The notes beneath the pieces were generated by a model. It was not told where the DNA came from, did not search any database, and saw nothing but the letters and a program-made list of their open reading frames with translations. A program made the translations under genes and the position numbers. Of a stretch of 60,963 bases of DNA, positions 21,723 to 30,759 are shown piece by piece. The first letter of the stretch is position 1. Each line of letters begins with the position of its first letter. This DNA comes from an uncultured archaeon (lineage in GTDB: Archaea > Asgardarchaeota > Lokiarchaeia > Sigyniarchaeales > SOKP01). The stretch lies in NCBI GenBank assembly GCA_964493385.1, contig CAZBNW010000005.1, positions 1-60,963 on the forward strand. The letters are read 5' to 3'.

Positions 21723-21881
21723 TTCTAAATAATCTCCAAAACGGGGTCAATATTATAGTTTATAGTTTTCACATTTTAAATTTAATCAAATTTTAATAAT
21801 AAAACTTTTGAGTTGAATAATAGATATTTAATATTTCTTACAAGATTTTATGTTAATGTATGTAAACATTGATAGTATAAA

Positions 21882-23243
21882 TTAACATCTAAACATTTCC
21901 ATAAATGCTCCGAGACGAGTATTAACCTGTTCTACATTCTCGCCAATCTTATTAAAATTTAATGCAATACTCGGAATTTCAAGTTCTCGGCGTAATTTCT
22001 CCTTTAGCATTGCATAGCAATTTGAAATAGAATGACAACCAAACACCTGAACAAATACGAGGCCATCAGCATTTAATTTTTTTGCCAATCTTAAGTAAGA
22101 ATCTGTTAATGTATCATTATCGCACCCAATTCCATTTGTTGTGGCATTTAATAAAAAATGAGCATATGCTTCTATTGGATCAGTTCTACTTGATATTGGG
22201 ATTTCTTCTAGGAGGAGTAAAATATCCCAATCAGCATACATGACTCTGCCTCCTAATTCATAAATTATTTCATGACTTTTAGGTTCCCAACCTCCAAACA
22301 TAGGAGTAACTAAAATTCGTGGCCTTCCAGACACATTCATCCCAATACCCCTTTTTACTCGTTCTCTCATTTCATTTACTAGTGAGGATAAATTATCTCG
22401 ATAACGAGTAGCATTAGAATTATAATCTTGGAAAGTTATACTTAGAAGAGATAGTATTTCAGCAAAAGTCGCGGGATTACAAGGCAGAAAGTCTGAAGTG
22501 CTAATTTCATGTATTATAGTTTTATAAGATTGTCTAATTTGATTTGCTATTTGAAAATGATTCCGTAAAACGTTATCACTATAACTATAATCACTAATTT
22601 CCTCTAACTCATTAATTGCATTAGAAACATTCTCAGTTAGAATTTCTAGAGCATTTCCAATATTTCTAGGCGGAATATCAATCCATATTTGTTTTGAAGG
22701 ATTACCAATTGCTTTTATAGATTCTAAGTATTTGTTCCATGCACTGCATCTTATAGTAAAATTGAGATTTGCATCACAATTCTTTCCTTTTGAAACGTGC
22801 ATTCCATAAAGTGATTTAATTCCATAACAAAAATCACTTGAGATGCCGCTTTCCATTCCAAGGTCATACATCTCATTGTATTTTTCATTAATTGTCTCAA
22901 TAACGTCTTCAATAATGTTATCGACAGTCTGGTTTATTTCTTTTATACCTAGATTTTGAATAAAACCTAAAAAATTAGTCACACTTTTCCATCCAAAAAT
23001 ATTTGAAGCCGAACCTAAATAAGTTAGATATTTATGAATTTTAAAAATCTGCATCCGTATTGGAAATACAGGGATTAAATCTGAAAATCCATAAGTTATA
23101 TCTGAAAATGGAAGCGCAACTGATATTAATTTCTTTTTCTCTCTAAATTTCTTTCGTTTTAAATAATCTCTACCAGTTAAAAGATTAAAAGCAATTCTTA
23201 ATACTGAAGAAAAACTGATAATTTCATCTGCGATTAAACTCAC
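21882..23243 (-). CDS. 2-hydroxyacyl-CoA dehydratase family protein, large (HgdA/BcrC-like) subunit, paralog 1
   Basis: 453 aa. Its start lies 3 nt after the stop of the 378-aa subunit gene. Cys-containing segments are conserved with the paralog. Confidence 0.65.
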   Translation of the reverse strand: MSLIADEIISFSSVLRIAFNLLTGRDYLKRKKFREKKKLISVALPFSDITYGFSDLIPVFPIRMQIFKIHKYLTYLGSASNIFGWKSVTNFLGFIQNLGIKEINQTVDNIIEDVIETINEKYNEMYDLGMESGISSDFCYGIKSLYGMHVSKGKNCDANLNFTIRCSAWNKYLESIKAIGNPSKQIWIDIPPRNIGNALEILTENVSNAINELEEISDYSYSDNVLRNHFQIANQIRQSYKTIIHEISTSDFLPCNPATFAEILSLLSITFQDYNSNATRYRDNLSSLVNEMRERVKRGIGMNVSGRPRILVTPMFGGWEPKSHEIIYELGGRVMYADWDILLLLEEIPISSRTDPIEAYAHFLLNATTNGIGCDNDTLTDSYLRLAKKLNADGLVFVQVFGCHSISNCYAMLKEKLRRELEIPSIALNFNKIGENVEQVNTRLGAFMEMFRC

Positions 23244-23245
23244 TT

Positions 23246-24382
23246 TTACATCATCTCCAAAAAAGCTTCTATCCTTGTAGTAAGCTGACCACGATTAGCT
23301 CGTGAATAATCTCTCTCTAAATTCAATACTTGAATACCTATTTCTTGTAATCGATTTTTTAAATGAGAGGACATAATAGACATATGATCACAGAATTTAA
23401 TGATTTGATTAATAACTCCCAGTTTTTTTCTGTTTTTATTCTTATATTCATTATAAAACTTTATAATTAGTGAAATTTTGTTTTCTAAAAAGTTTGGAAC
23501 AGAATGATCTCCATAAATATTGTTTTTAAATCGTTGAATAAGTAAATCAATTGGCTCTTTTGATGAATTTAAAATCTCATCATTGAATATTTGAGAATAA
23601 TAATTAAAACCTATCCATGTATCAAAAAAAACAACATTTCCCCCTCCTTCTTCGATTAAATCAATTAAATAGTCATTTATAAAGATGGAACATCCTGTAA
23701 ATAAAATATCCTTTGAATTGTTAACCGGTACATTTGAATATTGTTGATGATTTCGTAAAAAGTTTCCTAATTCCGGTTGAATTTCAGGGCCGTATAATAT
23801 AGCTTTTTGTATAAGTTTCAGTTTTTGAGATCCTTTTATTGATAACTCGTCAAGTTTTATTAAGGTTTTTTTAAAAGCATTATATTTTTTAATACTTGCT
23901 ATTAAATCTTCATTCTTAATTTCGGTACCTTGAATATTTTCAAGCTGTGTCTTCAAATTATTTAACTCTAATCCGAAATAAAGCAAACTACTCTTATTTT
24001 TAGTATACGACACGTAGAAATTCAATCGTGGAATATTAAAATATTTGCTTATTATTTCTGATGCACAAATATCTGAAACACAATGATTAGATACAATGAA
24101 ATAATCAATTAAATCTAAAAATCTATATTGATTGGGTTTCATAGAAAATAAGCCAATACAAGACTGTGCAAAAGCACAAGTAGAAGGAGGTAAATAATCA
24201 TGGCTAGCATCCATTAATTCATCATTTCCTGCGAATATCAACCTTAAAGGGATGAAACCGCCAGCATCTAATAGTTCTTCTGGGATATTATCATGGGAAA
24301 TAAAGGCTATAATTTTTTTTCCTTCTTCTTTTTTTTCTCTCAGGAATGTCGTGTAATCAGATAAAAGCTCTAAATTATCCAT
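23246..24382 (-). CDS. 2-hydroxyacyl-CoA dehydratase family protein, small (HgdB/BadD-like) subunit
   Basis: 378 aa, HgdB size. KKIIAFISHDNIPEELLDAGGFIPLRL N-terminus is typical of the family. Adjacent to the activase. Confidence 0.6.
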   Translation of the reverse strand: MDNLELLSDYTTFLREKKEEGKKIIAFISHDNIPEELLDAGGFIPLRLIFAGNDELMDASHDYLPPSTCAFAQSCIGLFSMKPNQYRFLDLIDYFIVSNHCVSDICASEIISKYFNIPRLNFYVSYTKNKSSLLYFGLELNNLKTQLENIQGTEIKNEDLIASIKKYNAFKKTLIKLDELSIKGSQKLKLIQKAILYGPEIQPELGNFLRNHQQYSNVPVNNSKDILFTGCSIFINDYLIDLIEEGGGNVVFFDTWIGFNYYSQIFNDEILNSSKEPIDLLIQRFKNNIYGDHSVPNFLENKISLIIKFYNEYKNKNRKKLGVINQIIKFCDHMSIMSSHLKNRLQEIGIQVLNLERDYSRANRGQLTTRIEAFLEMM

Positions 24383-24488
24383 TTTTATTTTTTATAACTA
24401 TGAATTATTAATCAAAAAAGAGTTAATTATTCATAAAATTTATTATAATTAACAAAAAGCTAAATTTTCAAAAAAATTTAAATTAAAT

Positions 24489-25280
24489 CTAACCATTATT
24501 CTGGTCTTGAGCAATTAATGCTGCTCCAATTGCTCCAGTAAGTTGAGCACTGCTCTTTCCATTAAGTACAGGTATGACTATCTCAAATCCTAACTCTTGT
24601 TCTAAATATTTCTTAACAGCAATATTTTTAGCAACTCCACCACAAAAAACTAATAGAGGCGCAACTCCTATGCGTTTAGCCATTCCAGCAACCCTTCTTG
24701 CGATCGATTTATGAATTCCAGCAGCAATATCTTCTTTTTTTGTCCCTTTAGCAAAAAGAGATATAACTTCAGATTCAGCAAAAACTGTGCATGTGGAACT
24801 AATTGATGCTGGATTTTTAGAATTAAGAGCTAATTCTCCAATTCGTTGGATGGGAACTTCAAGAGCTCCAGCCATCACTTCAATAAAACGACCTGTTCCT
24901 GCAGCACACTTATCATTCATATTAAAATCAATTACACTCCCAGTCTTCTTAGAAATCACAATAGCCTTAGAATCTTGACCACCAATATCTATAACAGAAT
25001 GTGCTTCCGGAAAAAAATATTGTACTCCACGTGCATGTGCCGTGATTTCTGTAATACGGTCATCAGCAAATGATACAGTATTCCTTCCGTATCCCGTACT
25101 CATAACATAAACATCATTCTTTTTCAGGTCATGTTGTTCTAAAATATCATTGAATAAATTGTTACCAACACGTTTAAAATCAAAAGTAGATCGCCCTATT
25201 CGATAATCCACAATCTTCTTATCGTCAAGTAGCACTACTTTTGTCTCAAGACTACCAATGTCAACTCCACATGTCCTCAA
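24489..25280 (-). CDS. acyl-CoA dehydratase activase (BcrA/BadF/HgdC-type ATPase)
   Basis: 263 aa. GVDIGSLETK and IDIGGQDSK ASKHA motifs, plus DKCAAGTG and STCTVFAESE, which contain the two cluster-bridging Cys. TTG start. Confidence 0.9.
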   Translation of the reverse strand: MRTCGVDIGSLETKVVLLDDKKIVDYRIGRSTFDFKRVGNNLFNDILEQHDLKKNDVYVMSTGYGRNTVSFADDRITEITAHARGVQYFFPEAHSVIDIGGQDSKAIVISKKTGSVIDFNMNDKCAAGTGRFIEVMAGALEVPIQRIGELALNSKNPASISSTCTVFAESEVISLFAKGTKKEDIAAGIHKSIARRVAGMAKRIGVAPLLVFCGGVAKNIAVKKYLEQELGFEIVIPVLNGKSSAQLTGAIGAALIAQDQNNG

Positions 25281-25359
25281 TTTTCACTACATCCACTAAT
25301 GTATAAACTTGATAATTTTGAAAATGAAAATCAGAAATTAAAATTTATCATATCATTTT

Positions 25360-26091
25360 CTAATTTCCTAATACAAATATAATGATTGAAAGGGTTATTA
25401 AAAATGCCAAAGCCATCTGAAGTATATTTTTGATAATGGATTCTCTTGAAATTACTCCTAAAAAGACTCCAAGTAAAATTATACAAACAAGAATTATTAA
25501 AAATGATATAATAAAAATTGAAAAACCCGCCGATGATACCCAGAAAAAGGGAATTAATGGTACTAATCCTCCTAAAAGTGGAGAACCGCCATTAATAATT
25601 GAGACAACTACACTAGCAAAGCTTTCAGCTTTTTCTTGGAGGGTTTTACTTTTTTTATTCTTTTTTTTTAATTTACTTTTTATTTTTAGACTTACCTTAT
25701 GGTTTATTTTAATCAGCATTGCTCTTTCAATCTCTTTAATATCTAAATCTCGCTGAACTGCTTGATCTTCACCTTCACTTATTAACATTGCTTTATTTAA
25801 TTCGTCCTTTATTTTTTTTTGTTCAGCCCTTTCTGAAAGATATGATCCAGTTAAACCAGAAATAAACATAGATATAGAACTACCTAATCCTGGTAAAATG
25901 ACAAAACTACTATCTACTGAGGGCTGTCCTCCCTTAAGAATTACAACAAAAAAGCCTAATAATATACCTGAAACTGTTAACATACCATCGTAAAAGTTAT
26001 TTACAAAATATCGTCGAGCAATTGCCCATAAATTTGTAATTTTTGCGTACGTTTTGATTTTTTCTAACATTATCCTTAATATATTTATCAT
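25360..26091 (-). CDS. VIT1/CCC1-like membrane transporter family protein
   Basis: 243 aa. N-terminal FYDGMLTVSGIL segment, a Glu/Lys-rich cytoplasmic helix after TM2, and C-terminal TMs. Paralog of the next gene. Confidence 0.5.
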   Translation of the reverse strand: MINILRIMLEKIKTYAKITNLWAIARRYFVNNFYDGMLTVSGILLGFFVVILKGGQPSVDSSFVILPGLGSSISMFISGLTGSYLSERAEQKKIKDELNKAMLISEGEDQAVQRDLDIKEIERAMLIKINHKVSLKIKSKLKKKNKKSKTLQEKAESFASVVVSIINGGSPLLGGLVPLIPFFWVSSAGFSIFIISFLIILVCIILLGVFLGVISRESIIKNILQMALAFLITLSIIIFVLGN

Positions 26092-26194
26092 TTATTTGAG
26101 AGAAAATAAAAGTCTTTTTGCTTCTCAAATTAATTCTAATATTTTTATTCCTTCACTTCCTTGAATTATATTAAAAATTGTTAAACCTCAAACT

Positions 26195-26833
26195 TTAGAT
26201 ACCAAGTAATATAGAAACAATTAGGGTGAAAATTCCTGCAGTTACTAAGTGTATGGCATATTTAGCACGTCCACCGCCTGATATTTTTCCTAAAAAGATT
26301 CCTAAATAGATGAGTAAGGCGATAAGTATAATATAAGAGAAAATAAAATGAATATGCGATAATGCTAATCCAAAGAAAAAAGGAATTAAGGGTAGTGAAC
26401 TTCCAAGTACAGGAGCACCACCATCTACTAATGAAGCTACAATAGTAGCAAAGTATTCGGCTTTTTCCAGTAATGATTTTTCTTTATTATTATTAGATTT
26501 ATCAGTGTTTAGCTCTTCTTTTTCTTCCATAATACCCATATCTCTTTTCATATCTGACATTTTTTTCTTTCTTTCAGCCTCTTCAGAAAGAAAAGCACCC
26601 CATAAACCACTTATACCAATAGCAAGTGCTGTTGCAAAACCAGTAATAAGGACATCTTTTGGGGAAAAGCTGGAAGAACCTGCCAGAAAAATAATAAAAA
26701 TTCCACTTATAATACCCGCACATGTTAGTGCTCCATCAAAACAATTATTAAAAAATTTACGTCGAGCGATTTCTCCCAAATCAGACATTTTTGAATATTG
26801 GTTCCATTGCTGAAGAGTCTTTTTAATTTTCAT
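26195..26833 (-). CDS. VIT1/CCC1-like membrane transporter family protein
   Basis: 212 aa. Same architecture (FDGALTCAGII, LSEEAERKKKMSDMKRDM helix). Confidence 0.5.
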   Translation of the reverse strand: MKIKKTLQQWNQYSKMSDLGEIARRKFFNNCFDGALTCAGIISGIFIIFLAGSSSFSPKDVLITGFATALAIGISGLWGAFLSEEAERKKKMSDMKRDMGIMEEKEELNTDKSNNNKEKSLLEKAEYFATIVASLVDGGAPVLGSSLPLIPFFFGLALSHIHFIFSYIILIALLIYLGIFLGKISGGGRAKYAIHLVTAGIFTLIVSILLGI

Positions 26834-27042
26834 TGAGGAAATTTTTCACCTTTTTTTTATTTATAAACTGAAATTGTATACTTATCAATAAAATTATTAT
26901 TTTAATAAGATCTACTCAATTCTTTTAGATTTTATTTGTAATTTAAATTAGGAATATATTAAAATTTCTCTAAATACTATATTTTTATTGATCTAATCAT
27001 TTATATTTATAAGAGTTAATTAAATATTTAAATAGAATTCTC

Positions 27043-27681
27043 ATGAATAAAATTAAAGAAGAAATCATATCAATGCTTATAGAGCATTCTAGAATAATTT
27101 ATTCTGTTCTCAGTGATATGGCTGTTTTTTATAATAGATGGGCAGAAGATTATGAGAAGAATAAAGCATCTCTTGATAAGAAAAAAAGTAAAATGCAATT
27201 ATATGAAGAAGATGCAGATGCTATTAAAATTCAGTTGATTCAAAATTATGCCGAGGTAGGAACTCAAGGTTTGGGCGATTTTATAGCCTTAATTTTAAGA
27301 ATGGATAATGTTATCAATTATCCGCTTGAATTTGTTGATATGCTCCCAAAAATTAATTTAGATATTAAAAATAACGAAGAAATAAAGAAAAGATATGAAA
27401 AATTGATTAATAAAACAATTGAGATGGCTGATGTTCTTAAATCAACAATTAAAAGCCTTAGAGATAAACCAGAGGTAGTGTTTAATAATACAACAAGGAT
27501 TCATGAGATTGAAAATGAGGTTGATTCGATATATAGAGGATTTCTAGAATTTTTATACTCTAATGAGGAGTTGGATATAAGAGTACTTTTGCGATTAAGG
27601 GATAGTATTGTATTATTAGAGCAAATGGCCGACCGGATTCATGATATTGCTGACCTCATAAGAGTTTTGCTTTATCAATAA
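27043..27681 (+). CDS. DUF47 / PhoU-like helical protein
   Basis: 212 aa. The EDADAIK...ENEVDSIYRG...LEQMADRIHDIAD pattern matches the DUF47 (TIGR00153-like) family from memory. Confidence 0.55.
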   Translation: MNKIKEEIISMLIEHSRIIYSVLSDMAVFYNRWAEDYEKNKASLDKKKSKMQLYEEDADAIKIQLIQNYAEVGTQGLGDFIALILRMDNVINYPLEFVDMLPKINLDIKNNEEIKKRYEKLINKTIEMADVLKSTIKSLRDKPEVVFNNTTRIHEIENEVDSIYRGFLEFLYSNEELDIRVLLRLRDSIVLLEQMADRIHDIADLIRVLLYQ

Positions 27682-27880
27682 ACTTCTTCTTTATTGAAAA
27701 CAGAGTAAAATAGTTACTAAGAAATTCTCTAAACTTTAGTGGTTTTTCTACTGATAACCTTTCATATAGTTGATAAAATAAATTACTCTATCGTTTATAA
27801 TGAGAAAGTTTATACACAAAATTTAATTCTTCTGATCTAAAATAATAATTTTTTTAAAAATAAACTAAGATGTATATTAC

Positions 27881-28246
27881 ATGAATGGCAAACAAAAATT
27901 TTATTTGTACCTTGGATTATTTCAAGTCGTATTGATTTTCTTGGTAATTTTTACTTCAAATGGAATCATATCTTTCGTCACTGCTCAAGTCCCTGATAAT
28001 TTTGATTACTATAATTCACCAACGACTATGGTTTTAGCAATCTCTGTAGCAATCTCAGTAAGTGCTTCAGTACTCGGGAGTGCTTGGGCTATGAAAACTG
28101 TGGGCACTGCTGCGATCTCAGCCCTTTCAGAGCGTGAAGAAGCTTTTTTTAAAGCTTTTCTTGTTGTTGCTTTATGTGAAGCCTTAGCAGTTTATGGATT
28201 GATAGTGGCAATTTTACTGTGGACAAACATACCATCACCTGCCTAA
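27881..28246 (+). CDS. atpK: A-type ATP synthase proteolipid subunit K (c subunit) with N-terminal extra hydrophobic segment
   Basis: 121 aa. C-terminal hairpin with the ion-binding Glu in VVALCEALAVYGLIVAILL. First gene of the ATPase operon. Confidence 0.85.
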   Translation: MNGKQKFYLYLGLFQVVLIFLVIFTSNGIISFVTAQVPDNFDYYNSPTTMVLAISVAISVSASVLGSAWAMKTVGTAAISALSEREEAFFKAFLVVALCEALAVYGLIVAILLWTNIPSPA

Positions 28247-28351
28247 AAATATTTTTTTTATTATTAGAACTAAAAAAATTTTGTTTTTGGTGATATACTA
28301 ACGAGTGTTGTTGTTCCTTCTTATGCGTATACTGTTATAAAAATTGGATTT

Positions 28352-29350
28352 TTGAAACAATTAATAATGGATGAAGTAACTCTACAAAAATTGGATGAAA
28401 TTACAGACATCACAGAATTTGTAGAATTTATAAGCCGTTATTACCCTGGACTTAGTTTTAACACATATATTATTGAAGATATAGAGAAAGCTCTCTTTCA
28501 TAACTATATCAAATTAATTGGGAAGGTATTATTACACACTCCATTAAATATGAGAATTTTTTTAAGAAATTATTTAATGAAATACGAGATAACGAATATT
28601 AAACGAATAATTCTAGGGACTATTCTTGGACTGAGTACTACCGATAAATCATTGATGGTCAACAAATTAGTTGAAAAATATTTAAATCATACTGACTTCA
28701 TTAATGAATTAATTGAAATTTCATCGTTAGATGAGATTCAACTATTCTTGAGACCTACTAAGTATAATAAAGTGATAAGAGAAGGAATTCTTTACTATAA
28801 AAATACCAATGAAATTTTTGTATTAGAAGCCTTTTTGGATCAATTATATTATAATAATTTGAAAAACGACTTAAAAAACTTAAACAAAAAAGAAAAAATA
28901 TTGATCTCATTGTACGTAGAATATATATCTGAAATTTACAATTTGAATTTAATTTACCGAGGTATAATTAATAATATTGATAGAAATCTTATATTGCAAT
29001 TATTGGTTGATGGTTATCTCTTTTTGGACAAGAAGATACTTGGGAAATTGATAAAATTAACAAATGTAAATGATTTTATAAAAACACTTAATCATTATTT
29101 AAGCAATAATAAAGAAATAAAATCTTATTTATCAAGATCACCACTTAATCCAGAACATTTAATATGGTCAATTGAAGAATTGTATCTTGATTATTATTTT
29201 AAAAGATTTGAAATGAAGTTAGATGATATTGAATATCAAGCAATTTTCAAAATCTTAGAGGTGTTAATAAAAAAAGATAAGGAGATTCGATTATATATCA
29301 TACCTAAATTAATAAAAATTCTTCATAAGAAATATCAATTATTAAAATAA
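28352..29350 (+). CDS. atpC: A-type ATP synthase subunit C (V0 d-like); true start probably upstream of the TTG given here
   Basis: 332 aa from TTG. Operon position and size fit AtpC. The conserved YAY...lk motif lies in frame just upstream (see findings). Confidence 0.8.
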   Translation: MKQLIMDEVTLQKLDEITDITEFVEFISRYYPGLSFNTYIIEDIEKALFHNYIKLIGKVLLHTPLNMRIFLRNYLMKYEITNIKRIILGTILGLSTTDKSLMVNKLVEKYLNHTDFINELIEISSLDEIQLFLRPTKYNKVIREGILYYKNTNEIFVLEAFLDQLYYNNLKNDLKNLNKKEKILISLYVEYISEIYNLNLIYRGIINNIDRNLILQLLVDGYLFLDKKILGKLIKLTNVNDFIKTLNHYLSNNKEIKSYLSRSPLNPEHLIWSIEELYLDYYFKRFEMKLDDIEYQAIFKILEVLIKKDKEIRLYIIPKLIKILHKKYQLLK

Positions 29351-29375
29351 GGAATAAAATTAGAAAAAAGAAAGA

Positions 29376-29693
29376 ATGCCAATGAATCTTTTCGAATGGA
29401 TAAAAGATATTGAAAAACTATATGAAAACTTAATAAATAATGCTAAGGATATCAATTTAAAAGATATCGAAGCATTCAGAGATCAACAAAGAAAGAAATT
29501 TGAAGACTTTCTTGAGAAAAAAAATGAATTAGTCAACAATGCTTTAATTAAACTAACAATTGACAGTGATGCAAAATCAAAAGAATTTGAAGATCAAATG
29601 GATGATGCTCTCAAAAAGATCGAAGTACAATTTCAAAAAGAAATTGGAAATCTCCATAAATTAATTATTGATGAAGTTGGATTAGATTTTTAA
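29376..29693 (+). CDS. atpH: A-type ATP synthase peripheral-stalk subunit H (G-like), putative
   Basis: 105-aa charged all-helical protein between atpC and atpF. Assignment rests on size, composition and position only. Confidence 0.5.
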   Translation: MPMNLFEWIKDIEKLYENLINNAKDINLKDIEAFRDQQRKKFEDFLEKKNELVNNALIKLTIDSDAKSKEFEDQMDDALKKIEVQFQKEIGNLHKLIIDEVGLDF

Positions 29694-30010
29694 TGTTGGA
29701 TCAAAAAGTCCATATTTTAGGAGAAGATGATATTGTTTTAATGTTTAGCCTTTTAGGTTTAGAAGGTACAATAGTTGGAACTGATGATTCATTTCTAGAA
29801 AAATTTAACGAGTCAATAAAAGATCCTTCAATTGGCATGATTATAATCGGTTTACGGTTGTCTACTCCGGATTATGATTTCTTAATAGATTTTAAGCTAA
29901 ATAATAAGCTACCATTAATATTTATCCTGCCAGATATGTTTCAACCAGATATTGACAGAGTAGATGTAATGAAAAACAAAATATTCGAAGCTATTGGAGA
30001 TATTATATAA
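29693..30010 (+). CDS. atpF: A-type ATP synthase subunit F
   Basis: 105 aa. The KVHILGEDDIVLMFSLLGLEG N-terminus is typical of AtpF. Start overlaps the previous stop (TAATG). Confidence 0.75.
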   Translation: MLDQKVHILGEDDIVLMFSLLGLEGTIVGTDDSFLEKFNESIKDPSIGMIIIGLRLSTPDYDFLIDFKLNNKLPLIFILPDMFQPDIDRVDVMKNKIFEAIGDII

Positions 30011-30228
30011 TATTAATGAGTTGAGTAAAAATTTCCGAGGAAAAAGAATTAAAGAAAACCTTTGGTAAACTAGGACTGTATTTAATCGAGAAAGCCCAAA
30101 ATGAAATTAAAGAATTCAATCAACAAACATTATTTCAAAAAGCTGAAATAAAGAAAAGATTTTTTGAAAGAAGTAATGAAAGATCTTTAAAATTAAGAGA
30201 TCATTTCATAGAAAACTATGATCATTTT

Positions 30229-30759
30229 TTGAATCAATCTCTTTCATTAACTCTTTTGAAAGGTAAAGAAAAATTTTTGAATATAAAAAATAGATTAATT
30301 AAAGAATTAAAAAGAAGTTTATCTGAATTGGTAGAAGAAAAAATAGAAAAAAATTACTCAAAGTATATAGAATTCTTAATTAAAAATATTCGAGAGATTA
30401 AGAAAACCATAGATAAGCTACAAGATATAGAATTAATTTTTAACTCCAAAGATTATAATTATCTATTGAAAAATTATGATAAAATTCAAGGCTTATTCAA
30501 AAATCCTGTTGAAATTAATAAAGATAGAATTGATTTTATTGGAGGTTTTAAAATCTCATTGGTTGGAGGGACAATCTCTTATGATTACACCATAGATAAT
30601 TTAATAAATATTAAATCTTCATTTATTCAGATGGAAATTTCTAAGATTGTTAATGATTCAGAAATTAAGCAAATCGAAAATAATTTTAATAATTTTATTC
30701 AAAATCAAAAAACAAAAATAACAGAATATCTCACACAGTATGATCAAATCCAATTCTAA
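30229..30759 (+). CDS. atpE: A-type ATP synthase subunit E; ORF-track TTG start is almost certainly too far downstream (frame is open from 30025)
   Basis: C-terminal globular part with IGGFKISLVGGTISYDYTIDNL matches the AtpE tail. The N-terminal stalk helix is encoded upstream in the same frame. Confidence 0.75.
   Translation: MNQSLSLTLLKGKEKFLNIKNRLIKELKRSLSELVEEKIEKNYSKYIEFLIKNIREIKKTIDKLQDIELIFNSKDYNYLLKNYDKIQGLFKNPVEINKDRIDFIGGFKISLVGGTISYDYTIDNLINIKSSFIQMEISKIVNDSEIKQIENNFNNFIQNQKTKITEYLTQYDQIQF

Noticed and set aside
27840-27880. TATA/BRE-like A/T runs upstream of atpK and other operon starts as promoters, and poly-T tracts after genes as terminators.
   Set aside because: In a genome this AT-rich, such motifs occur everywhere. 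Without transcript ends I cannot distinguish real elements from background, so none are reported as features.
30022-30024. In-frame TGA at codon 3 of the extended atpE as selenocysteine, or as genome-wide TGA reassignment.
   Set aside because: TGA clearly terminates other genes in this window (endA at 42647-42649, atpD at 34621-34623, peptide A at 39755-39757). Nothing about the position (codon 3 of a stalk helix) suggests selenocysteine. Kept only as a read-through, mutation or error possibility in the findings.
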